A DNA stretch of 64,000 nucleotides from Candidatus Kerfeldbacteria bacterium (GCA_047946875.1 CP181398.1:1233329-1297328), one strand, 5' to 3'; positions 1-10,877 are shown, counted from the first letter of the stretch. A program made the numbers and translations. The notes: generated by a model not told the origin, from the sequence alone.

Positions 1-135
1 CACTCATATTTTTTTATGTATTTTATGTATATCTATTATAAATTAAATTACCTAAGTTGACAAGCATCTTAGAGTAATAGTATGATAGGCGAAAGTGATA
101 AAAATAGCAAATTTATAACATGGAGAAATAGTTAA

Positions 136-423
136 ATGACTGAAAAAGGAAATAATTTAACAATTAAGGATATAAAACCTTTATTGTTAGATAAGTCAGT
201 AAGAGATGCATTAATATTCGCAGCTGAGTCGAAAAATGCCAAACTTTATTCAGAAGTTACGTGCTCTGCTATAGGCCAGAAACATCCTGTTTTAAGACCT
301 AGTGGTGGAGATAATAATACTTACGAGTTTAGAGGTATGACATTGCAGATTTGTGAATGTACTACCTGCGGATGTAGTTTATCAGTACCAATAGAACCTC
401 ATAAATTTGAGCAGTTGATATAA
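136..423 (+). CDS. hypothetical protein, possible Zn-binding (Cys cluster)
   Basis: 95-aa ORF with GGAG upstream, a CECTTCGC cluster and a terminator directly downstream. Confidence 0.6.
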   Translation: MTEKGNNLTIKDIKPLLLDKSVRDALIFAAESKNAKLYSEVTCSAIGQKHPVLRPSGGDNNTYEFRGMTLQICECTTCGCSLSVPIEPHKFEQLI

Positions 424-427
424 AAAA

Positions 428-459
428 CAAAAGGATAGATGAATAATCTATCCTTTTTT
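428..459 (+). terminator. intrinsic terminator
   Basis: aaaggatagat-gaata-atctatccttt stem with T run after the stop codon. Confidence 0.7.
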
Positions 460-731
460 ATTAAGAGAATGTTTGTCATTAAGGTAATTTATTATTATTT
501 TAATGGAATCGCATGTTAAAGCATGCTCTTAGAAATAATATAATATCTTTTATACCTCAGACCGAGAGCACCTTTTCTAAGGTGCTCTTGGTTAAATAAA
601 TGAGTAAAAATGATAAACGGTTTTTTTGGTAGGTAATTGACAAATATTAGTAATTATTATATTTTTAAATACTATGTTCTTTCCCAATAAAAGATAACGC
701 ATAATTTTTACAAAAATAAAAGGAGTTGGTT

Positions 732-1064
732 ATGAAAAAATTAATTTTGTGGCCAGTAATAGCTGCAATTCTGGCTGTAATTATTATACAGGGGACTCAT
801 TTGCTGACATTTTTTCAGTTAGGTAGTCATAAAGCCGCCGTGGATAACACTGTTATAATGTTGTTCTTTGCACCTATGGTTGCTTTTTTGATTATTATTC
901 CTGTTGGTTTTTTTGTATCTTTGTTTAAAAAGAATATTGATATGAATAAATTTGGGGAAACTGGAGTTATTTCCTGTACAACCTTTTTTGTTATGGCTTG
1001 TATTACGTTTTTCGTCTCACCCTTTATTCAATTATCTTTTCAATTGACCACAAGACATTTATGA
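732..1064 (+). CDS. hypothetical membrane protein (about 3 TM)
   Basis: hydrophobic segments; AAGGAG before ATG at 732; TTGACA at 637-642 upstream. Confidence 0.7.
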   Translation: MKKLILWPVIAAILAVIIIQGTHLLTFFQLGSHKAAVDNTVIMLFFAPMVAFLIIIPVGFFVSLFKKNIDMNKFGETGVISCTTFFVMACITFFVSPFIQLSFQLTTRHL

Positions 1065-1071
1065 GTTTCAC

Positions 1072-1106
1072 AAAAGATCGTAGATAAGTTTCGACGGTCT
1101 TTTTTT
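1072..1106 (+). terminator. intrinsic terminator
   Basis: aaaagatcgt...acggtctttt stem followed by T tract. Confidence 0.6.
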
Positions 1107-1131
1107 ATTATGCGTAGGATTGATTACAATC

Positions 1132-1159
1132 AAAAACCCAGGCGCAGAGGCCTGGGTTT
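1132..1159 (-). terminator. gyrA terminator
   Basis: aaacccaggc/gcctgggttt stem with U tract on the minus strand, 21 nt after the gyrA stop. Confidence 0.7.
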
Positions 1160-1180
1160 GGAGATTAATTTAAAGTTTAT

Positions 1181-3709
1181 TTAGACAAATGTTACGGAAG
1201 AAACCTGGTCATTGTCTTCTGAAAAACGCATTAGTCTCACCCCTTGGGTTGCTCTACCAGAAACGGATACAGATTTTAATGGCATTCGTATTACTTGTCC
1301 TTTGTTTGAGATTACTACTAAGTCTTCTTGTTCTAATTTTGCATTAACTATGAATCCAGAACTTATTTTACCAGTCTTCGGAGTAATTTTTGCTGTTTTT
1401 ATTCCAGTGCCTCCACGTCCTTGGATTCTATAGTTGGTTAGAGCAGTACGTTTGCCAAAGCCTTTCTCCATTACTACTAGTAGTTGTTCATTTTGATCTA
1501 CTTTACCATCATTGATTATGTCCATGCCAGCGATTTCATCATCCATTTTTAATTTGATAGCTCGAACACCCGAGGCACTTCTGCCCATTGCTCTTACATT
1601 CTTTTCTTTGAATCGAATAGCTTGACCATTTGACGTAATGATTATAATATCGTCTTTTCCGGTTGATGGTTTTACCCATTCTAAAATATCATCTCCTTTT
1701 AGTTTCACAGCGATTAATCCTGAGCGTCTAACAGATTCAAAATCTTTTATGTCTACTTTTTTAATAATACCTTTTTTGGTTACCATCATTAAAAATTTAC
1801 ATTCACCTAATTCTTCTAGAGACATAACTGCAGAAACTTTTTCGGTTTGATCAAGCTGGAGGAAATTAACGATCGCCTGACCTTTAGAAGTACGAGAGGC
1901 AGTAGGAATATCATAACCTTTTAGCTGAAAGACTCTACCCTTGCTGGTAAAGAATAATAAATCAGCATGGGTGGTGGTGCTAAACAATTGTTCAACAGTA
2001 TCTTGTTCTTTCGTTGATAATCCGATGACACCACGGCCACCTCTTTTTTGGGATTTGAATGTTTCTGGGGATACTCTTTTGATATAACCATCTCGAGTCA
2101 GCATAATAACAGTTGCTTCATTTGGAATAAGATCTTCTTGACTAAATTGGCCAACAGCTCCTACTTGAACTTTTGTTTTTCTTTCATCACCGTATTTTTC
2201 TTTGATATCTTCCAGATCATCTTTGATAATACTAAGAATTTTCTTTTTGGAACCAAGGATTGCTTTGAGTTCTTTTATTAATTTTATTTTATCTTTAAGT
2301 TCAGCTTCAATCTTTAATCTTTCAAGGTTGGCAAGTTGAGACAATTTCATTTCTAAGATAGCAAGTGACTGGCGTTCAGTAAATTTAAACTTCTTCATCA
2401 AGTTTACTTTGGCTTCTTCTTTATCTTTAGATTTTTTAATAACTTTAATAACAGCATCGATACTATCAACAGCCTTCTTCAAACCTATGAGAATATGGGC
2501 TCTATCCTCTGCTTTAGTTAAGTCATATTGAGTTCTACGTTTAATAACTATTTGTCGATGCTTAACGTATTCTTCAAGAACCATTTTTAGGTTAAGTACT
2601 CTTGGTTGTAAACCGTCTACTAATGCAAGCATATTTACATGAAAAGATGTTTGCAAAGCTGTCAAAGTATATAGTCTGTTTAATACTTTTTTTGGATAAG
2701 CTTCTCTTTTTAGCTCAACAACTATTCTTACTCCATCCTTATCAGATTCATCTCGTAAGTCTTTGATACCATCTATTTTTTTATTTGTTACTAAATTTGC
2801 AATGTTTTCTATTAAAGTAGATTTATTTACTTGGAATGGAATTTCAGTAACAATTATTCTGAATTGTCCCGATTTTTCTTCTATAATCTCAGCTTTACCA
2901 CGCATAACGATAGAGCCTTTTCCTGTTCCATAGGCTTGGGCAATATCTTTTTTATTATAAATGACACCACCAGTAGGAAAATCAGGTCCGGTAATATGTT
3001 CCATTAATTCAGTAATGCTGATTGTTGGATTATCAATTAAAGCTTTTATACCATTAATAATTTCTGTTAGATTGTGGGGAGGAATAGAAGTAGCCATACC
3101 AACAGCAATACCCATAGTACCATTTAATAATAAGTTTGGTAATTTTGCTGGGAAAACTTTTGGTTCTTGATGTGAACCATCGTAGTTAGGAATAAAATCA
3201 ACTGTATCTTTTTCTATGTCTTGTAACAATTCTTCGGAGATTCTTTCTAACTTTGCTTCTGTATAACGCATAGCAGCTGCACGATCTCCATCCATAGAAC
3301 CAAAGTTACCTTGGCCATTAACTAACATATACCTCATAGAAAAATATTGAGCCATTCTTACCATGGATTCATAAACAGCAGCGTCGCCGTGTGGATGATA
3401 CTTACCTAATACTTCACCAACTACAGTTGCTGATTTTCTAAATTTGGCACTTGCTTTTAGACCGATGCTCCACATAGCGTATAATATTCTTCTGTGTACT
3501 GGTTTCATTCCATCTCTTACGTCAGGTAGAGCACGAGAAATAATGACTGACATAGCATAATCCAAATATGATTCTTGCATTTCATCTATAATTGGGCGTT
3601 GTGTGAGGGCGCCAATAGGATTTTCGTTTTCGTCTTTTTTAATATCTTCAGCAGACATTTCATTTATTATTTTTGTACTTTTTTTTATAATTTTTTTTCT
3701 TTTTGGCAT
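1181..3709 (-). CDS. gyrA: DNA gyrase subunit A
   Basis: [17 protein letters not shown], catalytic AAAMRYTE, GyrA-box QKRGGRG and C-terminal pinwheel repeats. Confidence 0.98.
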   Translation of the reverse strand: MPKRKKIIKKSTKIINEMSAEDIKKDENENPIGALTQRPIIDEMQESYLDYAMSVIISRALPDVRDGMKPVHRRILYAMWSIGLKASAKFRKSATVVGEVLGKYHPHGDAAVYESMVRMAQYFSMRYMLVNGQGNFGSMDGDRAAAMRYTEAKLERISEELLQDIEKDTVDFIPNYDGSHQEPKVFPAKLPNLLLNGTMGIAVGMATSIPPHNLTEIINGIKALIDNPTISITELMEHITGPDFPTGGVIYNKKDIAQAYGTGKGSIVMRGKAEIIEEKSGQFRIIVTEIPFQVNKSTLIENIANLVTNKKIDGIKDLRDESDKDGVRIVVELKREAYPKKVLNRLYTLTALQTSFHVNMLALVDGLQPRVLNLKMVLEEYVKHRQIVIKRRTQYDLTKAEDRAHILIGLKKAVDSIDAVIKVIKKSKDKEEAKVNLMKKFKFTERQSLAILEMKLSQLANLERLKIEAELKDKIKLIKELKAILGSKKKILSIIKDDLEDIKEKYGDERKTKVQVGAVGQFSQEDLIPNEATVIMLTRDGYIKRVSPETFKSQKRGGRGVIGLSTKEQDTVEQLFSTTTHADLLFFTSKGRVFQLKGYDIPTASRTSKGQAIVNFLQLDQTEKVSAVMSLEELGECKFLMMVTKKGIIKKVDIKDFESVRRSGLIAVKLKGDDILEWVKPSTGKDDIIIITSNGQAIRFKEKNVRAMGRSASGVRAIKLKMDDEIAGMDIINDGKVDQNEQLLVVMEKGFGKRTALTNYRIQGRGGTGIKTAKITPKTGKISSGFIVNAKLEQEDLVVISNKGQVIRMPLKSVSVSGRATQGVRLMRFSEDNDQVSSVTFV

Positions 3710-3718
3710 ATATAATTT

Positions 3719-4135
3719 CTAATTTGATTCTATAAATTCAGGAAAAACTTTTTCTTCTAAATCTTTGAGCTGTTGCTCTGCTTCATTGATATTACTTGTC
3801 TCTGTTTTAGTTTCAGTATTAATTTTTAAAATATCTTCTTTGAGTGATTCCCATATAGTATCAAAATTATTTGAAATTCTGGTTAAAAATGAATCATCAT
3901 TAGAAGATGATAGTTCTGATCCTTGGAATATTGATAGCCAGCCAATAAACAATAAGACAACTATACCTATCGATATAAACCAAACTAATCTATGTTTATG
4001 TTCGTCGTTAGTTTGATATGATGGTTTTCTTATTTCGGTAGATTTTTTTTCAGGAATTGATTCCCCCTTATTTTCGATATAAGTTGGTTTTCTTTTTTTG
4101 GATTTTGGTGGGCCAATGCCATCAACTGGAGTCAT
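3719..4135 (-). CDS. hypothetical single-TM protein
   Basis: one hydrophobic helix; tight operon spacing with gyrA. Confidence 0.75.
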   Translation of the reverse strand: MTPVDGIGPPKSKKRKPTYIENKGESIPEKKSTEIRKPSYQTNDEHKHRLVWFISIGIVVLLFIGWLSIFQGSELSSSNDDSFLTRISNNFDTIWESLKEDILKINTETKTETSNINEAEQQLKDLEEKVFPEFIESN

Positions 4136-4146
4136 ATTTAATTAAT

Positions 4147-4785
4147 TTATGGTTTTAATACTATTATTTGTATTTTATCTGCTGGCAATTCTTTTTTGGA
4201 AATTTTTAGCTTGTCTTCAGTTCCATTTTTTTTGATTCCCATTTCATTGCAAAATTTATCAACCGGATCAAGTTTAAATTTAAGGCCAGGTATTTTATAA
4301 TGCATTGGTATAACAATCCTTGGTTCTAATTGGTTTACTACTTCTGATGCTTTTTTAGCATCAATAGTATATACGCCACCGACAGGGATCATTAATATAT
4401 CTACACTTTCTAATTTTTCTAGCTGTTGCTCATTAAGAGAATTACCTAAATCACCGAGGTGAGCAATTTTTATATCTTCGATTTGAAAAATAAAGATTGT
4501 ATTGTTTCCTCGTTCAGCTCCTTCTTGATTATCATGCCATGATTGTATTCCCCAGATGAATACATTTTTTGTTTCATATTCTCCAGGATTAGTTATTATA
4601 AAAGGATCACCATTTACAGCTTTGGTATTATTATGATCATCATGATCGTGGCTAACAGATACTATGTCTGCATTTAGTCTAGGAAGTTTTAAGCCTGTGT
4701 ATTTATTATCGTATGGGTCGGTTACGATAGTTGCATTTTTGCCTTGTATTTTAAAACAAGCCTGCCCAAACCAAGTAATTTGCAT
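4147..4785 (-). CDS. MBL-fold metallo-hydrolase (Lactamase_B_3-like)
   Basis: ITWFGQACF, SHDHDDH, HLGDLG, IPVGG and IPMHY motifs. Confidence 0.92.
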   Translation of the reverse strand: MQITWFGQACFKIQGKNATIVTDPYDNKYTGLKLPRLNADIVSVSHDHDDHNNTKAVNGDPFIITNPGEYETKNVFIWGIQSWHDNQEGAERGNNTIFIFQIEDIKIAHLGDLGNSLNEQQLEKLESVDILMIPVGGVYTIDAKKASEVVNQLEPRIVIPMHYKIPGLKFKLDPVDKFCNEMGIKKNGTEDKLKISKKELPADKIQIIVLKP

Positions 4786-4853
4786 AAGTTTTTTTAATTA
4801 AGGTAGAATAATATTAACATAAATTAGGTATAGAGTAAAGCAAAATAAGGGTG

Positions 4854-5963
4854 TTATATAGGTAAATCAATTGCTTTATTTTCACTAATTTGGTTATTTA
4901 TATTACTACTTTTTTCGTTTTGTAAGGAGTTGTTTATTTCCCAGGTAAGTTTTTTTTCTAATTCAAAATAATCTAAAGATTTTTGCTCTAGTACTGCTAA
5001 ATGTATTGCTTGGTCAGTTTCTGCATTGATAATATCAATTTTTATCTTTAGTAATGGTCCTTGTTTTTGAATTATTCCATAAATGAATAGTTGCGCTCCA
5101 GTTTCAATAGATATTTTTTTGAGAATATCTTTATTAGCAGGATTTGGGATATTATTAAATCCTATATCTAGAGCTGCTTTACTACTTACTTCATCAGTTA
5201 TTATATTAAAAGATTTTAAATAATGAAAAATTTGTTTAAGAGATATCTCAATTTTTTTAGCAATTGGTTTGATATTATCTATATGTAAAGAAAGATTATT
5301 CAGAGGGGGAATAAATAATTTTGGTAATTCGGGTGTATTATTTATTTTTGGTGATGTATGACTTACGCTATCACTTAAACTTGGAGCGGTAGAGGTTTTT
5401 TGAGAAAATGATGCACCGCTAGAACCCGTTTGTCTCATGGGAGCTGTATTAGATGTAGATTTTTCATCTTTTTTTGATGGTTTTTTTCCTTCTTCTTTAT
5501 CATTTTCTGCATTTTCTCTTGCTCGATCTTGTTGATGTAATTTTTTTATTGATTTTTCATGTCGCTTTTGTTTTCTAATTTCTTGGGGGGTAGGCCCGGT
5601 ATCTTTGGCTTGTGAGAGCTCATCTTTTGTTGCTGATTCATATAATTTATTAATACCAATAGTACTAGCTTTACCTTGTTTATTGATACGAAGACCAAGT
5701 TTCTTAGCTGCAATTTTATTTATTTTAAATTGATCACTTCCTTGGGATGATTCAACGACTGAATTAAAAAATTTCTTAGCTTGGTGTTTAGCTATTGTTG
5801 AGGTCTTACCAAGATAAGCAAACTTTTTTAAATTTTTATCTTTTTTCATTAGTGTTTTGAATTTTGTGTCACTAATTTTCTTTCCTGTTTTAGAAGAAAT
5901 TATGCTCTGAGCCATGCCTTTGGCTGTAGTCGCTTTTATTTTTGCTAGATAATCTTTAGCCAT
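4854..5963 (-). CDS. hypothetical protein with basic N-terminus and C-terminal TolB_N-like domain
   Basis: Lys-rich N-half and Ser/Thr linker; C-terminal pattern PPLNNLS...GAQLFIYGII...IKIDIINAETD. Confidence 0.65.
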   Translation of the reverse strand: MAKDYLAKIKATTAKGMAQSIISSKTGKKISDTKFKTLMKKDKNLKKFAYLGKTSTIAKHQAKKFFNSVVESSQGSDQFKINKIAAKKLGLRINKQGKASTIGINKLYESATKDELSQAKDTGPTPQEIRKQKRHEKSIKKLHQQDRARENAENDKEEGKKPSKKDEKSTSNTAPMRQTGSSGASFSQKTSTAPSLSDSVSHTSPKINNTPELPKLFIPPLNNLSLHIDNIKPIAKKIEISLKQIFHYLKSFNIITDEVSSKAALDIGFNNIPNPANKDILKKISIETGAQLFIYGIIQKQGPLLKIKIDIINAETDQAIHLAVLEQKSLDYFELEKKLTWEINNSLQNEKSSNINNQISENKAIDLPI

Positions 5964-6178
5964 AGTACTATATTTGTAATTTATTTATAATCATAGTATA
6001 TCATTTTTATTGCCTTATTCAATCACAGTGTCTCTTGCCAAATATCAATAAACATAGTAGGATAAATAATGAAAATATAGAATATTTATTAATTACCTTT
6101 TTTTGGCTAATATTTGCTAATAAAGGACTCACTGTTCAAATATATTTTGAAGAATGGGTTAAGAGCATTTTTTTATTT

Positions 6179-7375
6179 ATGGAAGATACAAAAGTATCAA
6201 AAATGGATGAGCTATTAGCAAATCCAGATCAGCCTATTATACCAAAAGTAGGTGAAGTTATTGATGGTACTGTCATTAATGTTTCAACTAATGAAGTTCA
6301 TGTTGATATTGATGGATTAACAACTGGTGTAGTTAGAGGTAAAGAATTAATTGATGAATCAGGTGAATATAGTGATTTAAAAGTAGGTGACGAAGTTAAA
6401 GCTACGGTTTTTGATTTAGAAAATGAATCAGGACATATGGAGCTTTCATTTAGACAAGCAGGTCATCAGAAAGCTTGGGATGATTTAGATGATCTAAAGA
6501 GTGACGGCACTGTAATAGGAGTAGTAGTTGTAGAAGCCAATAGAGGTGGACTAATGATTCAACTTGGGAAGATAGATGGTTTTTTACCTGTTTCACAATT
6601 AACTGTTGAACATTATCCTCGCGTCGATGGTGGTGATAAAGGTAGAATTTTGGAATTATTAAATAAATTCATTGGCGAAGAACTAAAAGTTAAGATTATT
6701 GATGTAAATGAAGCTGATGGTAAATTGATTGTTTCAGAAAAATCAGCTTGGGAAGAAAAACAACAAAAAGTTATTTCAAAATATAAATTAGGTGATGAAA
6801 TTGATGGTAATGTTACTGGAGTTGTAGACTTCGGTGCATTTATTGAATTTGGTGATAATTTAGAAGGACTGGTTCATATATCTGAGTTAGCTTGGCAACG
6901 CATAGATAAGCCAAGTGATTATATTAAAGTTGGTGATAGTGTAAAAGCTAAGATTATCAGTATTGATGGATCAAGGTTATCTTTATCAATGAAGGCATTA
7001 ATGAAAGATCCTTGGCAAGAGGCCAGTGAGAAGTATAATGTCGGAGATAAAGTAGAGGGATTAGTTTTGAAAGTTAATCCATTTGGTGCTTTTGTAGAAC
7101 TAGATAAGGACATTCATGGATTAGCTCATATTTCAGAATTATCTAATGAAAGAATTAGTGATCCTACGGAGGTGGTTAAAGTTGGGGAATCTTATAAGTT
7201 TAAGATATTATCAATTGAGCCAAAAAATCATCGATTAGGATTATCTCTTAAAGCTGTTCAAAGTACAGCAAAAAAGGAAGAAGAAACTAAAGAAAAGGAT
7301 ATTGTGAAAGAGTCAGTAAAAAAAGATGAAGAAGAGGTAAAAGAAACTAAAGATAAGGTTGAGACTGAAGCATAG
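6179..7375 (+). CDS. rpsA: 30S ribosomal protein S1 (4 S1 domains)
   Basis: S1 repeats FGAFIEF/GLVHISEL, FGAFVEL/GLAHISEL and GFLPVSQL; start moved to ATG 6179 (MEDTK). Confidence 0.93.
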   Translation: MEDTKVSKMDELLANPDQPIIPKVGEVIDGTVINVSTNEVHVDIDGLTTGVVRGKELIDESGEYSDLKVGDEVKATVFDLENESGHMELSFRQAGHQKAWDDLDDLKSDGTVIGVVVVEANRGGLMIQLGKIDGFLPVSQLTVEHYPRVDGGDKGRILELLNKFIGEELKVKIIDVNEADGKLIVSEKSAWEEKQQKVISKYKLGDEIDGNVTGVVDFGAFIEFGDNLEGLVHISELAWQRIDKPSDYIKVGDSVKAKIISIDGSRLSLSMKALMKDPWQEASEKYNVGDKVEGLVLKVNPFGAFVELDKDIHGLAHISELSNERISDPTEVVKVGESYKFKILSIEPKNHRLGLSLKAVQSTAKKEEETKEKDIVKESVKKDEEEVKETKDKVETEA

Positions 7376-7390
7376 AAATATTATAAATTT

Positions 7391-7430
7391 ATAAAGTCAG
7401 GGCATAAAAAATTTCAAGCCCTGATTTTAT
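7391..7430 (+). terminator. rpsA terminator-like hairpin
   Basis: ataaagtcagggc/gccctgattttat inverted repeat after the stop codon. Confidence 0.6.
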
Positions 7431-7526
7431 GATTTGCATTATTTGCAAAATAGCGTATTTTGGGGTATAATTTAAATCGAATTAATTTTATAAATTATTA
7501 ATTTTTGTAAAAAACTCAAATAAAAT

Positions 7527-9365
7527 ATGAACAAAAAAATTTTTAAAAACATTATTATATTTTCTGTAATTTTTATATTAGTCATGGGGGCTTTTAGTAT
7601 GGTTAACAGTTCTTTTAATGAACCGACTATTATAGGTATTAGTGAAGTAGCTGACAAAATTGATCAAGGCGAGGTAAAGCAAATAGATGTTAATGGTAAT
7701 CAGTTGGTTATTATTTATAACGATGATACAGAAGTTGAGTCTCGTAAGGAAGGAATTGCTTCTTTAACCTCAGTTTTAAGTGATTATAACGTCAATCCAA
7801 ATCAGCTAAAAAAAGTTGAAATTAATATTAAAGAAGATTCAGGTTTTGGATTTTGGATGGGAGCTATATTACCATTTTTATTACCATTTATTCTAATAGT
7901 TTTATTTTTTTGGTTGATGATGAGAAATGTACAAGGTGCTAATAACAAAGCTATGTCTTTTGGTCAAAGTAAGGTTAAGGATGAGGCACCAAAAGATAAA
8001 AAGGATAAAACAACCTTTAAAGATGTAGCTGGTGTGGTAGAAGCAAAAGAAGAATTAGCTGAGATAATAGAATTTTTGAAAACCCCAAGTAAGTTTTTGG
8101 CGTTAGGGGCCAAAATTCCTAAAGGAGTTTTATTGGTTGGTGCTCCTGGGACTGGCAAAACTTTATTAGCAAGAGCTGTGGCCGGTGAAGCCGATGTTCC
8201 GTTTTTTCATATGTCTGGTTCTGAATTTGTCGAAATGTTTGTAGGTGTTGGCGCTTCTAGAGTTCGTGATTTATTTAAAAAAGCAAAAAAAGCTTCCCCG
8301 TGCATTGTGTTTGTTGATGAGATTGATGCGGTTGGACGCCAAAGAGGTACAGGGATGGGCGGTTCACATGATGAACGTGAACAAACATTAAATCAAATAT
8401 TAGTTGAGATGGATGGTTTTGATACTAATACAAACGTTATTGTTATAGCAGCTACAAATCGTCCTGACGTTTTAGACCCTGCTTTACTAAGACCAGGAAG
8501 ATTTGATCGAAGAGTAGTTTTGGACGATCCGGATATTAAAGATAGAGAAGCAATATTAAAAGTGCATTCAGTTAAAAAACCATTTGATAGTGATGTTAAT
8601 TTACGTGAGGTAGCTGAAAGAACTCCTGGATTTTCTGGAGCAGATTTAGCTAATATTTTGAATGAAGCAGCTTTATTAGCAGCAAAGAGAAATAAGAAAA
8701 AAATCAGCCAAGCGGAATGTCTTGAGAGTATTGAGAAGGTAATGTTAGGACCTGAAAGAAAGAGTAGAATTATTAGCGATCACGAAAAGAAGGTCACAGC
8801 TTACCATGAAGCTGGACATGCTTTAGTAGCGCATGTTTTGCCAAATGCAGATCCTGTTCATAAGGTGTCAATAATTTCACGGGGCATGGCCGGTGGTTAT
8901 ACTTTGAAAGTGCCTAGTGAAGATAGAAGGTTAAATACTACAGCTGATTTTGAAGATGAGTTAGCAGTGCTATTGGGTGGACAAGTTGCTGAAAAATTAA
9001 TTTTTAAGGATGTTTCAACCGGTCCAAGTAGCGATTTGAAGAGAGCTACTCAATTAGCTAAGCAAATAGTTACTCAGTTTGGGATGAGTGAAAAATTAGG
9101 ATCTAGAACTTATGGTCAGAGAGAAGAAATGATTTTCTTAGGTAAAGAAATACACGAAAGACGTGATTATAGTGAAAGAACAGCTCAGACAATTGATGAA
9201 GAAATACTTAAATTGATTAATACTGCTTATGATACAGCTGAAAAAGTCATCAAAAAGTATAAAAAGTATTTAGATGATATTGCTAATCATTTAATCAAAA
9301 ATGAGACTTTAGAACGAAAAGAGTTTGAATTAATCCTAAAAAGTATTAAAATAAAGACAGTATAA
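7527..9365 (+). CDS. ftsH: ATP-dependent zinc metalloprotease FtsH
   Basis: 2 TM helices, Walker [19 protein letters not shown] motif [10 protein letters not shown] and HEAGH. Confidence 0.98.
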   Translation: MNKKIFKNIIIFSVIFILVMGAFSMVNSSFNEPTIIGISEVADKIDQGEVKQIDVNGNQLVIIYNDDTEVESRKEGIASLTSVLSDYNVNPNQLKKVEINIKEDSGFGFWMGAILPFLLPFILIVLFFWLMMRNVQGANNKAMSFGQSKVKDEAPKDKKDKTTFKDVAGVVEAKEELAEIIEFLKTPSKFLALGAKIPKGVLLVGAPGTGKTLLARAVAGEADVPFFHMSGSEFVEMFVGVGASRVRDLFKKAKKASPCIVFVDEIDAVGRQRGTGMGGSHDEREQTLNQILVEMDGFDTNTNVIVIAATNRPDVLDPALLRPGRFDRRVVLDDPDIKDREAILKVHSVKKPFDSDVNLREVAERTPGFSGADLANILNEAALLAAKRNKKKISQAECLESIEKVMLGPERKSRIISDHEKKVTAYHEAGHALVAHVLPNADPVHKVSIISRGMAGGYTLKVPSEDRRLNTTADFEDELAVLLGGQVAEKLIFKDVSTGPSSDLKRATQLAKQIVTQFGMSEKLGSRTYGQREEMIFLGKEIHERRDYSERTAQTIDEEILKLINTAYDTAEKVIKKYKKYLDDIANHLIKNETLERKEFELILKSIKIKTV

Positions 9366-9401
9366 TATAATCAATTATTTAATCTATAAGGAGGACCAAA
9401 T

Positions 9402-10406
9402 ATGCCAGTTGTAAAAAATAAATTCTATTACAGAGGAATCTTAAAAAAAGCTTATCAAATTGTAAAAGGTAACAAATTCCTATGGGTTTTTGGTTTTTTT
9501 GCAGCCGCATTAGGTGGTGTAGGAGAGCTTGAATCAGTATTTAAAAACTATTCTGACATTGGAGCTTCTTCAGATAATATATTTGGATTACAAACACTTT
9601 ATCAGGGAGGTGTAATTTGGACGATATTTGATAATATTCAAGATTTTTTTGCTAGTTTTCCTTGGCAGGCATTTTTCTTATTATTAATTACAGCAGTAGT
9701 ATTTATTGTAGTTATTTGGTTAGCAATAATATCTCAAATTGCTTTATTTGATGCTTCTAATAAATTATCTAAGAATAAAAAGACTGGCTATGCTGAGAGT
9801 TATAGAGTAGGTAATAAAAAATTTGGATCAGTTTTATTAATTAATGTTGTAGCAAAGATTGTTTTGTGGGGAGTATTCGTTGTTATCGCTGCACCGTTAC
9901 TTGGTTGGTTTTTGATACGAGATAATGTTTGGGGAGCAATATTATTTGTTGTGTTATTATTCTTTGTATTTATTCCAATTTCAATTATTGTTTCATTTAT
10001 TATTAAATATGCTATCGCCTTTATTGTTATCAAAGGCCAAAAAACTTGGGAGGCTGTTAAATCTTCTTGGGTGTTATTCAAAAAATATTGGCTCGTTAGT
10101 ATTGAGATGGCATTAATAATATTAGTTATCGGATTGGGAGTAGGTTTATTTATATTATTGTTAATTGGCTTAGTATCAGTTCCATTCGTCTTAATTGGTA
10201 TAGCTGCATTATTCTTTGGTTCAAGTACTGGATTAGCTGTAGCAGTTATATTGGGTACTGTCGCTTGGTTTGTAGTAATTGCTATAGTTGGTTCTGCTTT
10301 TGCTTCTTTTCAATATACAACTTGGACTTTATTATTTTTAGATTTAGTTGGTGATAAAGCAGAAAGTAAGATTAAGCGATTTATTGATCGTTTTATTAAA
10401 AAGTAA
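9402..10406 (+). CDS. multi-pass membrane protein
   Basis: 6 or more TM segments; AGGAGG SD. Confidence 0.8.
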   Translation: MPVVKNKFYYRGILKKAYQIVKGNKFLWVFGFFAAALGGVGELESVFKNYSDIGASSDNIFGLQTLYQGGVIWTIFDNIQDFFASFPWQAFFLLLITAVVFIVVIWLAIISQIALFDASNKLSKNKKTGYAESYRVGNKKFGSVLLINVVAKIVLWGVFVVIAAPLLGWFLIRDNVWGAILFVVLLFFVFIPISIIVSFIIKYAIAFIVIKGQKTWEAVKSSWVLFKKYWLVSIEMALIILVIGLGVGLFILLLIGLVSVPFVLIGIAALFFGSSTGLAVAVILGTVAWFVVIAIVGSAFASFQYTTWTLLFLDLVGDKAESKIKRFIDRFIKK

Positions 10407-10593
10407 ATTTTAATAATTAGCAGTCTTAGTTACTCTTGAATTATATTCTGAAAGGTGTAAAGTATATTTTTAAGAGTATGTAATTTGGTTAGTAATAGTA
10501 ATACGTTTATTCATTTGCCAAAGTACTTATTTATTATAAGAAGTGCTTTTTCAAATTATATTAATAGTTTATTTCTTAATGATGCTCGTATAG

Positions 10594-10613
10594 CCTGCCT
10601 GCCGGCAGGCAGG
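10594..10613. repeat. perfect 20-bp GC-rich palindrome (REP-like insertion)
   Basis: cctgcctgccggcaggcagg is its own reverse complement and is absent from the intact tRNA. Confidence 0.9.
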
Positions 10614-10625
10614 CTCAGTTGGTTA

Positions 10626-10661
10626 CCCGCCCGAACGACTGGTGTCGTCCAGTCGGGCGGG
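10626..10661. repeat. 36-bp GC-rich hairpin (REP-like insertion)
   Basis: cccgcccga...tcgggcggg terminal IR with inner acgac/gtcgt stem; absent from the intact tRNA. Confidence 0.9.
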
Positions 10662-10727
10662 GAGCACCACCACACTTATCTGTTTAAATTTATAGCAAAT
10701 AGTTTAACATTTTTATTTCCTAATGAT

Positions 10728-10804
10728 GCTCGTATAGCTCAGTTGGTTAGAGCACCACGCTTATAACGTGGGGGTCGATGGTTCAAGTCCATCTACGAGC
10801 ACCA
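10728..10804 (+). tRNA. tRNA-Ile (anticodon UAU)
   Basis: acceptor GCTCGTA/TACGAGC, D stem GCTC/GAGC, anticodon arm CCACG-CTTATAA-CGTGG, T loop TTCAAGT and encoded CCA. Confidence 0.93.
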
Positions 10805-10877
10805 TTAGTAAATAAATATCTCCTATCAGTTTTGATGTGTTTTTTGTTAAAAAAATCCCCTACACGTATAAACATAT

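Larger units (their letters stand above)
10584..10679 (+). pseudogene. tRNA-Ile 5' fragment interrupted by two palindromic insertions
   Basis: gctcgtatag[20 bp]ctcagttggtta[36 bp]gagcaccac matches nt 1-31 of the tRNA at 10728; no T-arm or 3' acceptor strand. Confidence 0.85.

Noticed and set aside
6035-6178. N-terminal extension of RpsA from the TTG start
   Set aside because: Not S1-like and probably promoter/leader; the weak hairpin at about 6126-6160 is too AT-rich to call a leader motif
10584-10679. Intron-containing or split tRNA, or prophage att site
   Set aside because: No 3' half follows, the inserts are palindromes rather than splice motifs, and there is no integrase or cargo between the copies
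10485-10766. 93-aa ORF containing CLPAGR and PARTTGVVQSGG
   Set aside because: It is a translation of the palindromes, the tRNA fragment and the real tRNA
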